In this document: in pieces, positions 23,719 to 35,000 of the stretch
Layout: each line of letters opens with the position of its first letter
Numbering within the stretch: position 1 is the first letter of the stretch
Assembly (NCBI GenBank): GCA_025594325.1
Contig: JANHCV010000009.1
Location: 806,001 to 870,000 of the forward strand
Source of the DNA: Blastocladiella emersonii ATCC 22665
Lineage: Eukaryota > Fungi > Blastocladiomycota
DNA length: 64,000 nt
Reading direction: 5' to 3'
Program-made: the position numbers and the translations under genes
The notes under the pieces: generated by a model
What the model was told of the DNA's origin: nothing
What the model saw: the letters and a program-made list of their open reading frames with translations, nothing else
Databases searched by the model: none

Positions 23719-24912
23719 TTCATCGTCGTTCTACCAAATCATTCACTCTCGTGTGCGGGAGAAAGGATCGCAGCGGGCGGGACGGCGGACGGCGAGAGGT
23801 GGCGCGCTCGCTGGCCCACGTGTGCCCGCCGGCGACTCACCCGATCAAAATCCCACATTGCTTATCCGCTGTGGGGTGACCCTTGTTCGGACGCGTTTCT
23901 CTTGTAAGTTGCGGAATACGGTTCACACCAAGGAATTCCGTAAGGAGTAGAGGAGTGTCGTCCATGCCGTCCATCCAGCTGCTGGCATGTTCGTCGAAGA
24001 GGCACAAGGCCTCCTCCGTCAGGCATACCCATGATCGAATAGGCAGCCCAATACAAAATAGATCAGGTACCGCATGGTGCACAGCCTCCAATAAATGGGC
24101 AAGAGAGGGCGTGTCGAGCCGCGCGACGGCAAATACAACTAGCTGGAGCAGCGTTTCGACGGGCGATTCCGTGCATTGAAAGTGCCGGGGCTCGAAATTT
24201 GAGATATTAACGTCCTTGGCGAGAGCTGCCGGTCCGGTTCCGCGGGAGCGGATGGCCGCCAACGCCAGCGGCGAGATACGATCCACTGGCGCACTGTACA
24301 GAGACGTGACGTAAGCATAAGCAGCGTCACCGGGCTCGATCCGAAGCTTATCTTCGGCAAAGCCATAGTCGAGACGAGCGCCGCTGTCCGAGGTCATGAA
24401 CGTGTCAGCTGCCTCGTAAGCCCGCAGCCACCATTCTGGAGGACCGTGCGAGAGGACGTGTTCAACCCAAGAGCGCTTTACAAAAGCAGATTGCGTCAAG
24501 GCATGGAGCTCGCGCGTCGTGGCAGAAATGGCCGAGCGAGGACGGGCGAGCTGAAGGACCAGCGTCAGCGTCTCTGCCGGCATCGAGGCAAAGCCGGTGC
24601 GCTGGCCCCGTTGCAGTGAGTTGGATTCATTCGTTTCTTTCATGGTTGCTGTGAGCCCAGGGACGCAGCGCTCCGCCGCGGGAAACGGGCTCAGTAACCC
24701 CCAGAACCCCTGGTAACCCCGTTCGACTCACCAGCCACACCACGTTTCCGTCACGCGAGTGGCGCGGCGCGTCCCTCATCCTTGCCCGTCCCTCGTCCTT
24801 GCCCGAACCGTCGCCTCTCCGGCGTTCAGTAACCAGTTAAAAACAACGGCAAAGGGTCAACAAAAAAACATCAATGGATGAGGAACGACACAAACTTAAC
24901 GACCCCGGCGCC

Positions 24913-27302
24913 TCAAGCAGCGGCGCCACAGATCGCATCGATTGCTTCGGCGTACTCACGGGACGCGACGGTCTCAGGGGCGGCCCGATGAATTTCGCGG
25001 ACGATTTCGCGGCCCTCGGCGGAAAAGTTTCCCTCCACCACAATGACGGTCCGGGCAATCCACTGCGCGTCCTTGACGCCATCAAGTGCGCCCGATGGAA
25101 TGACTCGCCAGAACGAAAGCGAGATCGAAATTTCCGTCTCTGCGAGCCGTCCCGAAACGGCGTCGCCCATCGCATCGAGCAGCGCTGACAAGTCGGCGCG
25201 AATGAAAAGCTGGATCAGTTCTAGGTCCGGGTGGTGCAGCCGGTCGCATGCCACAGCGCACGTGCGAGCGTGATTAATGTTTTCAGCAGAGCGGCTGTCA
25301 AGGGTGGCGAGGAGCTCAAGGAGTTGCCGCGCAGCATCGAGTGGGAGTCGCCGTAGTGTGCACGGGTCAAAGGTGAGAAGTTTGCGGACGGTCTCGAGCC
25401 AAGCACGCTGCTCAAAGAGCTGGCAATTGTCGCAGGTCGTCTCACTGCCTGTAGAGAGCGAGAGCTTGTGGCAACCAGCAAGGCGGCTTACTTGAGCGTG
25501 AATCATCACACTAAGAAAGAGGTGAACTGTCCCATGGGCTTTCATGACTGCAAGCGCGTCGTCGTGGATTGCCGGGTCCTGCAGCGTAGCGACGAGAACC
25601 CACGCAAGCTCGGCAGCCAGTGAGCTCGAAATCTCGAGCACAGTCGCATTTGCAAGCAAGAACACGTCCCGGAGGTCCGCTTCGAGAGTGCTGGAGAATG
25701 TAGCCGCCAAAAGCCTGTACGAGTGAGGGTTATCGCACCGACGCTCGTGAATACAATTGTCCATGTCGCGGCCTTTCAGTTCGTCGCGCAAGAGTTTCCC
25801 GAATTTGATTATGAGACGGTCAGCTTTGGCAGGGCAATGTTTTCGCACGAAGGCGAGCACCAGTTGCAAGGTGATCTGCTGAGGGGAAATCTGGAGCGAG
25901 CGATGAAACACTAGGCGAGGGCGACACGTGTGAGTGTGCGTGTGCGTGATCGTTCAATTTAAATGATTTTCATCGAAACCGTACTGCGGGCGGCGAGGAC
26001 CCCGAGGTCAAAGCGGTCACCAATGAGCTCGACGGCGAGCGTTGCGATGAGACCACTTGACCCGCCACCGTCAGATTTGAGTGCAAGAAGCAGAACCTGT
26101 TCCCAACCATCACAATCGAGAAGGTCGAGGCTGTGCAATGTGGTGAGACTCTCCGAACTGAAGCCAATTGTACCGGCGCATAGCTCATTCGCAACAAAGT
26201 GGCGCTCCATCTCCCCGATTCCAACTGTCACGCGCTGCGGCTCAAGTTGAACCAGCTGGAAAAGAAGAGAGGGGTTGTACGCGAGGTAAGTGACGAGATG
26301 TCTGTTTCCAAAGCGGACACGGTTGCCGGTCCAAGACTCGTGGAGTAGCCACTGAAGCATTGTCAACATGTCGATGGTGACGGCGGGATCGAGATTGGTT
26401 CCGCGAATACTCTCAAGCAGGCCCACACTCATAGAAAACCTGTCGTTGAAAACTTGGGCAAGCCAGCGGCTGTCAAGCGAACCAGAAGGAAGGTCGCACA
26501 ATGTGCGCACAATTGGACGCTTCCAGAGAAACACCGCGTACACCCCAAGAAATTCTGCAAGCACTTGTGGGTTCGCATGCAAGTTGCCATAAACACTTTC
26601 CGCAGGGCCGTGAAACATATTGCCGGCCGCTTTTGTCAGGTGCGCCCAAGTTGAAATGTGCAACTTGATGCGAAAGAGTTCAGGGACCGCGCGGTTGGTG
26701 GTTTCCAGGAAGCGGGCAAAGGACGACGGATCCAGGCGCACGACAGCAAACACAAGGAGCTGGAGAAGCGTTTCGACGGGCCAATCCTTGCAATGGTAAT
26801 AGTCACCTTCGGAAAGGGACTCGTTAATGGTTTGGTCCATGTAGTTGGCGCCGGCAAGATCCAGCGCTGCAATTTCGCCTGAGCGAAAAGCCGCTGACGC
26901 CAGCGGTAAGATGTAGTCGAGAAGAGGAGTGTAGAGCGACACGACGTAATCGTACGCAACGTCACCAGGATTGACCTGATCCTTGTTGCCGGCGAAGCCG
27001 TACTCGAGAAGCGCGCCGCTGTCCGAGGTCAGGTACAAGGGGATTTGGCGCGTGCCCGTTTCGATGTAAGCTTGCATCCATTGCTTTGACAGGCCGTGCG
27101 CGAGGACGTGTTCAACCCAGGCACGCTTCACGAAAGTCGACTTGGTCAGAGCGTGAAGCTCGCGCGTTGCGGCCGAAATGATCGGCGAGGGTCGAGCGAG
27201 CTGGAGCACCACCGTCAGCGTTTCCACTGGCATTGTAGCGAGGCTGGTGCGTTGGTCACATTGCATGTAGTTCATTTCATTGGTTTCCATCATGGTGGTC
27301 AT
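24913..27302 (-). CDS. F-box-like family protein, copy 6 (771 aa, intact; intron 25911-25984)
   Basis: SLATMPVETLTVVLQLARPSPIISAATRELH; LTSDSGALLEYGF. Intron GTACGG..CTCAC..CTAG gives an in-frame join to ..FWRVIPSGALDGVKDAQWIAR..TVASREYA. Confidence 0.78.
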
Positions 27303-27503
27303 GGCTTCTCACGCGGGTTCAAGCAGTGAGCGCTTCGCTGTGGGAAGCGAGTTTGCGGGCGAGCTCACCAGCCACCTTCCCGTCAAGCACGCGAGTGGCG
27401 CGGCGCGTCGACCAAGCCAGTCTCCGCCGCTCGCGGTTGATTCAAACAGAGCTCGCATAGTAATAAAAAACAATGATATTAACAATCTCAGCGCGTCTGC
27501 CGC

Positions 27504-29861
27504 TTAATTTTCATCGTAAATCGCAGCGATCGCATCGGCGTACTCGCGGGACGCGACGGTCTTGGGGGCGGCCCAATAAATTTCGCTGACGGTCTCGCGT
27601 CCCTCAATGGGGGAGTTGATTTCCGCCACCATCATGGACTGGGCCACCCACTGCGCGTCCTTCACGCCATCGAGTGCGCCCGAGGGAACGGCGTGCCAAA
27701 CCGAGAGCGGGATCAAGGGCTTGTTCTCCGTTCGCAAGCCACCAGCAACCGCGTTGTCCAGAGCGTCAAGCAGCGCGGACAAGTCGGTGCGAATCAGAAG
27801 TGGATCGCATCAAAGTCCGGGTGTTCCAGATGGCCGCGCGCTGCCTCCCCCAAAAGGCTGTGACAGGGCGTCACGTCCGCGACCGTGTCAGCGCGGGCGA
27901 ACAGCTCAAGGAGATGTCTTGGAGCTTCAACTGGGAGGTGGCGCAGGGCTTTGGGATCGAGGGTCAGCAGCTCGCGGATAGTCTCGAGCCAAGCACGCTG
28001 TTCGAAAAGTTGGCATTCGTCGCAAGTCGTGTCGTTGAGCGGAGAGAGCGAGAGCTTGTGAATTCCAACAAGACGGACAGCTTGCGCGTAAACCATAGCG
28101 CCCAAAAAGTGGCCAACCGTTCCATCACCCTTCATTGCCTCAAGGACCTCGTCGCGAATCGCCTGGTCCTGCAGCACAGCAACAGGGATCCACGCGAGCG
28201 AGGCGCACGCGGAGGTCGGCAGCTGACGAACGGTCGCGTTTGCAAGCAGAAACACGTCGAAAAGATCGGCCTCGCGAGGTTGCTCGAAACAAGCCTGGAG
28301 GAAGGCGCAAGCGCTAGGGCTGACCAGCTCGCACGAACGAGGGTCGCTGCACGGCGGTTCGTGCGAACAAGGATTCAGGCCGCGCTCCTGGATCATGTCG
28401 CGCAGGACCGATGCGAATACACGGCTGAGGCGGGCCGCCTCGCTCGGGCGATGATGCCGCACAAAGGCGAGCAGATGTTGCGGCCGCGGACTGCGTCGAA
28501 GCCTCTCGAGTATCACCCGGAATGCTGGATGCAGTCAACGTGGTCAGTGACGAGTCAAGTCGACCGAGGCCATGCGAAACGGCGGACGTACCAAGCGCTG
28601 CGACATTGTCCAAGCGAGACCCAAGCAACTGGGCAGCGACCACAGCAAGCGGGCCGGCCGGTCCACCACGGGGATCCGTAAGTGCGTGAAGGAGAATATG
28701 AGACCAAGCGACGTCATCAATGAGTGTCAGTTGATCGAAAGCGGGCAAGTTGTCCAGAGCAACGTTAAAGTAGGCTTCGAATTCCCTGGCCAGAAAGTTG
28801 CGCCCCGAGCTCAAAATGGCATCAACGAGAGGTTTCGGCCCAAGCTCGAGCAAGCTTTGGAGATGGGGCAGGGGAGGCGCGAGGTGAAGAAAAATGTCCG
28901 GGTCATCAAAAAGCGGACGATGACGATGACGACTATCGACCCTAGACTCGTGAAACAGCCACCGAAGTGTCTCCGCAACGTCGCTGGTGCTAGCGCCATA
29001 ACTGTCCGCGTAGGAAATCTTGAGAAGGAGCAAGGAGGACAGGGCGTCGCGCTTGAAAGCCTCGTTGAGCCAGCGCACATCGAACCCGTATGACGAGAGC
29101 CCGCGCATCAGGTTTACAGTTGGCAGATTCCACACAAGGACCGAGAAAAGCGCGATAAAGTCGAGCAGTCCGAGGGAAGCACGGTCTGCACCAAGCTGGT
29201 TGATCCACGCGTGGGAGTATCCGAGGATCACATCGTCCGAGAGGAATGAAAGCTTGGCCCACGTCGCGATAGGAAGGCGAATGCGAAGGAGCCCAGGCGC
29301 TTCCGTTGCCGTGGTGTGAAGAAGCTGGAAGACGGACTCTGCATCGAGTCGGCCGGCAGCGAGAACAAGGAGCTGGAAGAACGACTCGATTGGGAATTCT
29401 TTGCATCGATGGTGTTGAGCGCTCTCAATCGACTCGCCAAGCTGTTCGGCCAAGGCGTCCACTCCATCGCCACTGGCGCGCAGGGCAAGCAGAGCCTTGG
29501 GCAGAAGGTAGGCGAACAGCACAGAGAAAAGAGACATCCGGTAGGGGTAGTTGAGGTCGCCCTGTGCGACGCGGCCCGACTCGCGAGGGAACTCAAGGAT
29601 CGCGCCAAAATCGGACGTGAACCGCGGGGACTGCGCGTACTGCTCGACGTATTGAGCCGGCAAGCCGATTTTCATGGTTTGGCAGATCCACGCGCGCTTC
29701 GCCGCGTTCGTCCGCGCAACAGCGTGAAGCTCGCGCGACGCGGCACAAGCGATCGGCCGGGACTTGGCGAGCTGCAACACCCGGATGAGCGTGTCCTCGG
29801 GCAGAGACGAGAGCGCGGTGCGGCCGCTCGGTTGCAGCAAGTCATTTCCATCCGTTTCCAT
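27504..29861 (-). pseudogene. F-box-like family, copy 7 (intron 28525-28591; 1-bp frameshift near 27800)
   Basis: ALSSLPEDTLIRVLQLAKSRPIACAASRELH with an in-frame phase-1 intron. A single missing base before ..LIRTDLSALLD shifts the terminal GALDGVKDAQW domain (could be a sequencing error). Confidence 0.78.
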
Positions 29862-30113
29862 AGTGGTTGCAGCCGCTGTGGGAGCGAGGGAGCGGCGAAG
29901 GTTGAGCTGGAAACGCGAAGGTGACCCAACGCGGACGCGTCTGACTCACGCGTCGCTCATCCCTCGCACACCCCACTAGCACCCCTGCTCGAACCAAGTC
30001 CCTCTGCTTGAGCAATCGCCGCCAAGTAATAATACATGAGCTTACATTAACATCCTCGCGTCCTCACGAGACGCCCACCACCGCCAAACCACCGCGACCC
30101 GTCCGCGCCCTTC

Positions 30114-31825
30114 TTACGCGCGATGCTCGTCGAGGTAGACACACACCGTCTTCTCCTCGGTGAAGAACTCAAGCGACGCGGGCCACCCCTCGCGGCCGGT
30201 GCCCGACGCCTTGACGCCGCCGAACGGCATGTTGAGGCTGCGGACCATCCAGCAGTTGACCCAGACGGTGCCCGCATGGATCCGCGCGGCAACGCGGTGC
30301 GCGGTGCGGACGTTCTCGGTCCAGACGCACGCCGCGAGACCGTACTTGGTCCCGTTGGCCCAGGCGACGGCCTGGTCCTCGTCGTCAAAGGGGGTGATGC
30401 CGACGACGGGCCCGAAGATCTCCTCCTGCATGCACCGCGCGGTGGGCGAGAGGCCCGTGACGATGGTGGGCGCGACGTAGTACCCGCCCTCGAGCCCGGG
30501 CACCGTGACGCGGCCGCCGCCGGTGCGGATCTCGCCGCCCTCGTCGCGCGCGAGCTGGATGTACCCGAGCACCTTGTCCATGTGCTCCTGGGAGACGAGC
30601 GCGCCGAGGTTGGTCTCGGGGTCGCGCGGGTCGCCGACGCGCAGGAGCTTGACCTTGGCGACGAGCCGGTCGACGAACTCGGCGTAGATGGACCGGTGCA
30701 CAAAGATGCGGGACGTGCACAGGCAGATCTCGCCCTGGTTGCGGAACGCCGAGTTGACGCAGGTCGCGACGGCACGGTCGAGGTTCGCGTCGGCGAACAC
30801 GAGGGCCGCGTTCTTGCCGCCGAGCTCGAGCGAGAGCTTCTTGAACATGGGCGCGGCCATCGCGGCGATGCGCGCGCCCGTGACGGTGCCGCCCGTGAAG
30901 GAGATGAGCGGGACGCCCGGGTGCGCGACGAGCGGGGCGCCGGCGCGCGGGCCGTCGCCGAACACCATGTTGACGACGCCCGGCGGCAGGCCGACCTCGG
31001 TCAGCACCGTGCACAGCAGGTACGCCGTGTGCGACGTGAACTCGGATGGCTTGCACACGCACGTGTTGCCCGCTACGAGTTCGTGGAGCGTCAGTTGCTG
31101 GTCCGGGAGGGGGATCGGGTCGGGAACGTACTGGCGATGCACGGCGCAATCTTCCACGTCAGGAGGTACAACGGGAGGTCTACACACCACCACACTCGTT
31201 AGTCCGACATCAACATTCTAGCCAGTACCACAAACGTACTCCACGGACTAATCAACGCCGCAACACCCACCGGCTCGCGCCGCACATAGTTGAGCGCATG
31301 CACCGGCGCTCCATCAATCTCATTCGCCTTGGAGCTCTCGTGGAGCACCGCCGACGCAAAGAACTTGAAGTTATGCACGGCGCGCGGGATATCCACCGAC
31401 CGCGCGAGCGAGACGGGCTTCCCCTGGTCGGCGCTCTCGGCGGCGGCAAACTCGTCGAGGCGCGCCTCAATCGCAGCCGCGATGCGCGCCAGATACGCCG
31501 AACGCGCCGCGCGCGGCGTGCGCGACCACGACGGGAACGCGGCGGTCGCCGCGGACACGGCGGCGTCGATGTCGCGCGAGTCCGAGTTGGGGACTTGTAC
31601 GTGCGGCTACGGACCGGAGCGGGTGCGTGAGCAGGCGTGCGTGACGGTTGGCTTAGCGGGCGTGTGTACCTCGCCAGTCGACGGGTTCACGGCGACGATG
31701 AACGGCGCTGCGGTGGCCTTGCCGTCGGCGACGCCCGCGGGGTCGACGAAGGCGCCGTTGATGTAGTTCTGCAGCCGCAGCGGGGCGGCCGCGGCGGGCG
31801 GCGAGGATCCATTGGCGTTCATCAT
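30114..31825 (-). CDS. ALDH8A1: Aldehyde dehydrogenase, ALDH8A1/2-aminomuconic semialdehyde dehydrogenase-like; introns 31607-31669, 31180-31239, 31073-31131
   Basis: Spliced protein has LQNYING, ISPWNLPLYLLTWKIAP, KPSE, FTGG, LELGGKN, catalytic NQGEICLC and EEIFGPV. Confidence 0.88.
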
Positions 31826-32024
31826 GTTACAGCGCTTCGTTCGTTGCGGGGAGCGAGAGCGAGAGCGGTCGGCGGAGCGAAGCGGGGAACTTGACCCTCA
31901 GCGGCGATCCCCAACGCACACGTGCAGCGCCACACTCCCGAACGCGAAACGCGACGCGACTCTGACGGTAGAACAAGTGCATGCATATTCATAAAAGCAA
32001 CCCCACCACAACACCCTCACACGC

Positions 32025-35000
32025 TCACGCCTCGTTATCCGCGGGCGCCGCCGGCCCGAGGACCAGGCCCGCCGGGCCGTCGTCGTCGACGCGCAGGAGG
32101 TCGCGCTCGAGGTCGCGCTCGATGTCCATGTCGTCCTGGTCAATGGCCGCCGCCGCTGCCGGCGTCGAGTCCTTGACGACGACTATCATGTCGTTGTCGG
32201 GGAGCGACGGACCGAGGACGGGCGACCCGCCGATCCCGAGGTCGCGGGCGAGCTTGCTCTTCTCGGACAGCGACTCGATGGTGTTGAACCCGACCGTCGT
32301 CGTCGTCGTCGTAGTCGGGGCCGCGGTACTGATGAGCGAGGACCCGGCGCCGCTGAACGGGACGAGGGCGCCCGCCGACGACGACGCGCGGCTGGCACTG
32401 CCGAACCCGGACGACGAGCCGCCCGAGAGCCACGACGCGCGCTTGTTAGCGGAGCTGCCCCACCCGTCCTCGGGGTCCTGCTCCGTGAGGTCGCGGATCT
32501 TGGCCTCGTCGGTGACGGGGGCGACAGGTTCGGGGATCGCGCAGTGGACGCCGCCGCGGCGGCGGTAGAAGAGGACGTACGACGCGCGCGTGATGACGTC
32601 GTCGGCCGACACGGGCGAGACGCGCGAGTCGTCGAACTCGTACCACTGGTGATCCCCGAGACTATGCGCGTACGCCGTGTAGTGCCCGCCGCCGATCCCG
32701 CCGTAGTGGTTGGTGACCGCGTACAGCTCGTACACGCCGTCGCCCTCGGCGAGCGCGGGGTCGAGCGCGCGCCCGTGCAGGTCGAGGACGCGCGGGCAGT
32801 CGACGAGCACGTCGATCTTCTCGCGCCGGTACCGCCCGCCCTGCCCGAACCGCTTGAGGGCGACCACGAGCACCTGCGGCAGCCGCCACAGGTCCACCTT
32901 CTTGCTCGCCTCGCGGTGCTCCTTGCACTTGCGGCAGTACACGGGGTCCGACGCGCCCAGGTGCTCGTCCGCGACGAAGGCGTCAAGGCACTGGTCGAGC
33001 GTGTACGCGTCGGGCTTGGTCGACGCGCCGAGCTTGGGCGCGTTGATGGCGCCGCCGTCGAGCGTCTTGGACCACAGCGCGGTACCTGTGAACGCCGGCG
33101 CGGCGGGGGCCGCGGACTCGGCGTCGGCCGTCGCGGGCGCTGCGGGCGCGGCGTCGTCGAGCGACGTGGCGGCCCACGGATCCACGCTCGTGTCGGCAGC
33201 CGCCGCGGTCGCGGCCGGGGTCTCGGCCATCTCGACGTCGCCCGACGTCGACGGGCCGAGGTTCTCGCTGCTGTTCCCGAGAAGGACCGCGGTACTCGAC
33301 GCGGCCGAGACGAACCCGAGGCTCGTACTACTACTCGACCCCACCCCCGCAACCGGCCGCGCACCGAACGCCGCCGCCTTCTTCTCCTCGGCGAACGCGA
33401 CCTCGGCAACACTCTCGTCCCAGACAACGTTGATGGACTGGAGCGGCGCGATCGCGGCGCCGGCGACGAGATCCGTAGCCGTAGCGCGGTACGTGCGTCC
33501 GGCGGGCGCGGCCTGGACCTTGACGAACTGGGCGACGTCCGCGTCCGGGTGCGCGGCGCGGTACGCGTCCCACGGGAACGTGGTCCACCGCTTCATGGTG
33601 GCGACGATGGCTGCGTGCGCCTGCGCCGGGTCGAAGGGCGTGCGGAAGAAGGCGAGCGTCGGCTCGCCAAAGTCGGTGGCCGAAGGGCCGCGGCGGTAGG
33701 ACGGGTAGAAGGACGTGGTGGTGGAGGTGCTGGAGGAGGTGGAGGACTCGGCCTCGAAGGCGGCGGCCGCGGCGAACGACAGCTTCGAGTGGCACAGGAA
33801 CACGGGGACGAACTTGGCGGGCTCCTCGGCCTCCTTGGGCGCGGCGGTGGGCGCCGGGGTCTCGGCAGCGTCGGCGGTGGCAGGCGCCGAGTCGACCTGC
33901 ATCGGCGACGCGGACCCGTTCTCGACCTCGGTGACGGGGGCTGGGGTCTCGGCCATGACCTGGTCGGCAGTCTCGCCAGCGGGCTTCTCATCCTCCTCCT
34001 TCTCAACCGCGGGCACAACCGCCGCGATCTCGCCACACATCGGGTACCCAGCGGGCACCTCGCCGTCGGGCGGGAGCTCGAGGACGAGGATGACGTCTCC
34101 TGCGGCGATTTCGGCGACGGGCTCGAGGTCGCGGTAGACGCGGTGGATCTTGTGGTTCCAGACCTCGACGACGGCGGCGCGCGGCGTCGCCTCCCCCTCG
34201 GCGCCCGTCGCAAACACGTGCTTGGCGACCGTGGACGCGAGCTCGCCCATCCCGCCATCGCGCTTGACGTACGCGACGGTGCGTACGGGTAGGCGGTTGG
34301 GGTCGAGCGGGATGGCGATGACGCGGACGGGCGCGAGTGCGGCCTCGCACGGGATCGGCAGCGTGAGGACCATGAAGGGGTCGAAGGTGACAGAGACGCC
34401 GCCGCACGTGGCGCACTGGACGCGCGACTTGTACTGGCCCTGGAACAGGTCGACGATGATCGAGTCGTTGCGCGCGCGGTGGCCGGCCCACTGCTCGGCG
34501 GCGACCTCGGCGTCGGGCCGGCCGTCGTCGTCCTTGGCCTCGATGTACGGCTTGGACCGGACGCGGTTGAGGTCCTCGTGGAGCCCGTCGAGGAGGAACC
34601 CGAGGAGTTCCTGCGAGTCGTGCTGCGCGTACCCCGAGAACTGGGGCGCGAACTGGGCCATGGCGGCCTTGAAGTGGCGCGGCGCGATCGAGCGGTCGGT
34701 CGAGGGGGTCCACATGGCCTTCATGAGGGCCGCGTACGCCTTGGACATGGCGCCCTGGGTGCCGAGCGGGTTGTCCGGGTTCACCTCGTGCACCCACGCG
34801 CCGCGGTTGAAGTAGTCGAGGTTCAGGAACGGCGTGTTGGACATGCACTGCAGCGCCGAGTTCATGAAGCACGTGTTGCCGAGGTTCTGCAGGCCCTTGA
34901 GCCCCGCGGCGACCGTCGGCAGCTGCGCGCGGCGCTCGGCGGCGAGGGCGGCCGCGGCCGACGACGACGAGGACGGGCCCGCCGAGGAGGAGGAGGTATA

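Larger units (their letters stand above)
18284..23921. mobile_element. Non-autonomous long-TIR DNA element (about 1.83 kb without the nested DIRS); CCGTA termini, TA target
   Basis: Left TIR = 18284-18310 plus 22115-22240 (split by the DIRS); right TIR = 23779-23921. They are reverse complements apart from a 10-bp indel. Flanks are TA (18282-18283) and TT (23922-23923). No transposase ORF is seen. Confidence 0.85.
17631..24643 (-). pseudogene. F-box-like family, copy 5, split by the 18284-23921 insertion and internally deleted
   Basis: The N-half (24643-23924) ends ..TEFLGV and the C-half resumes YAVFLWNCPIV at 18283, matching paralog copy 6 EFLGVYAVFLW. After GWEHV it jumps directly to IPVSFWRAAPSGALDGVKDAQW (deletion near 17840). 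Confidence 0.88.
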
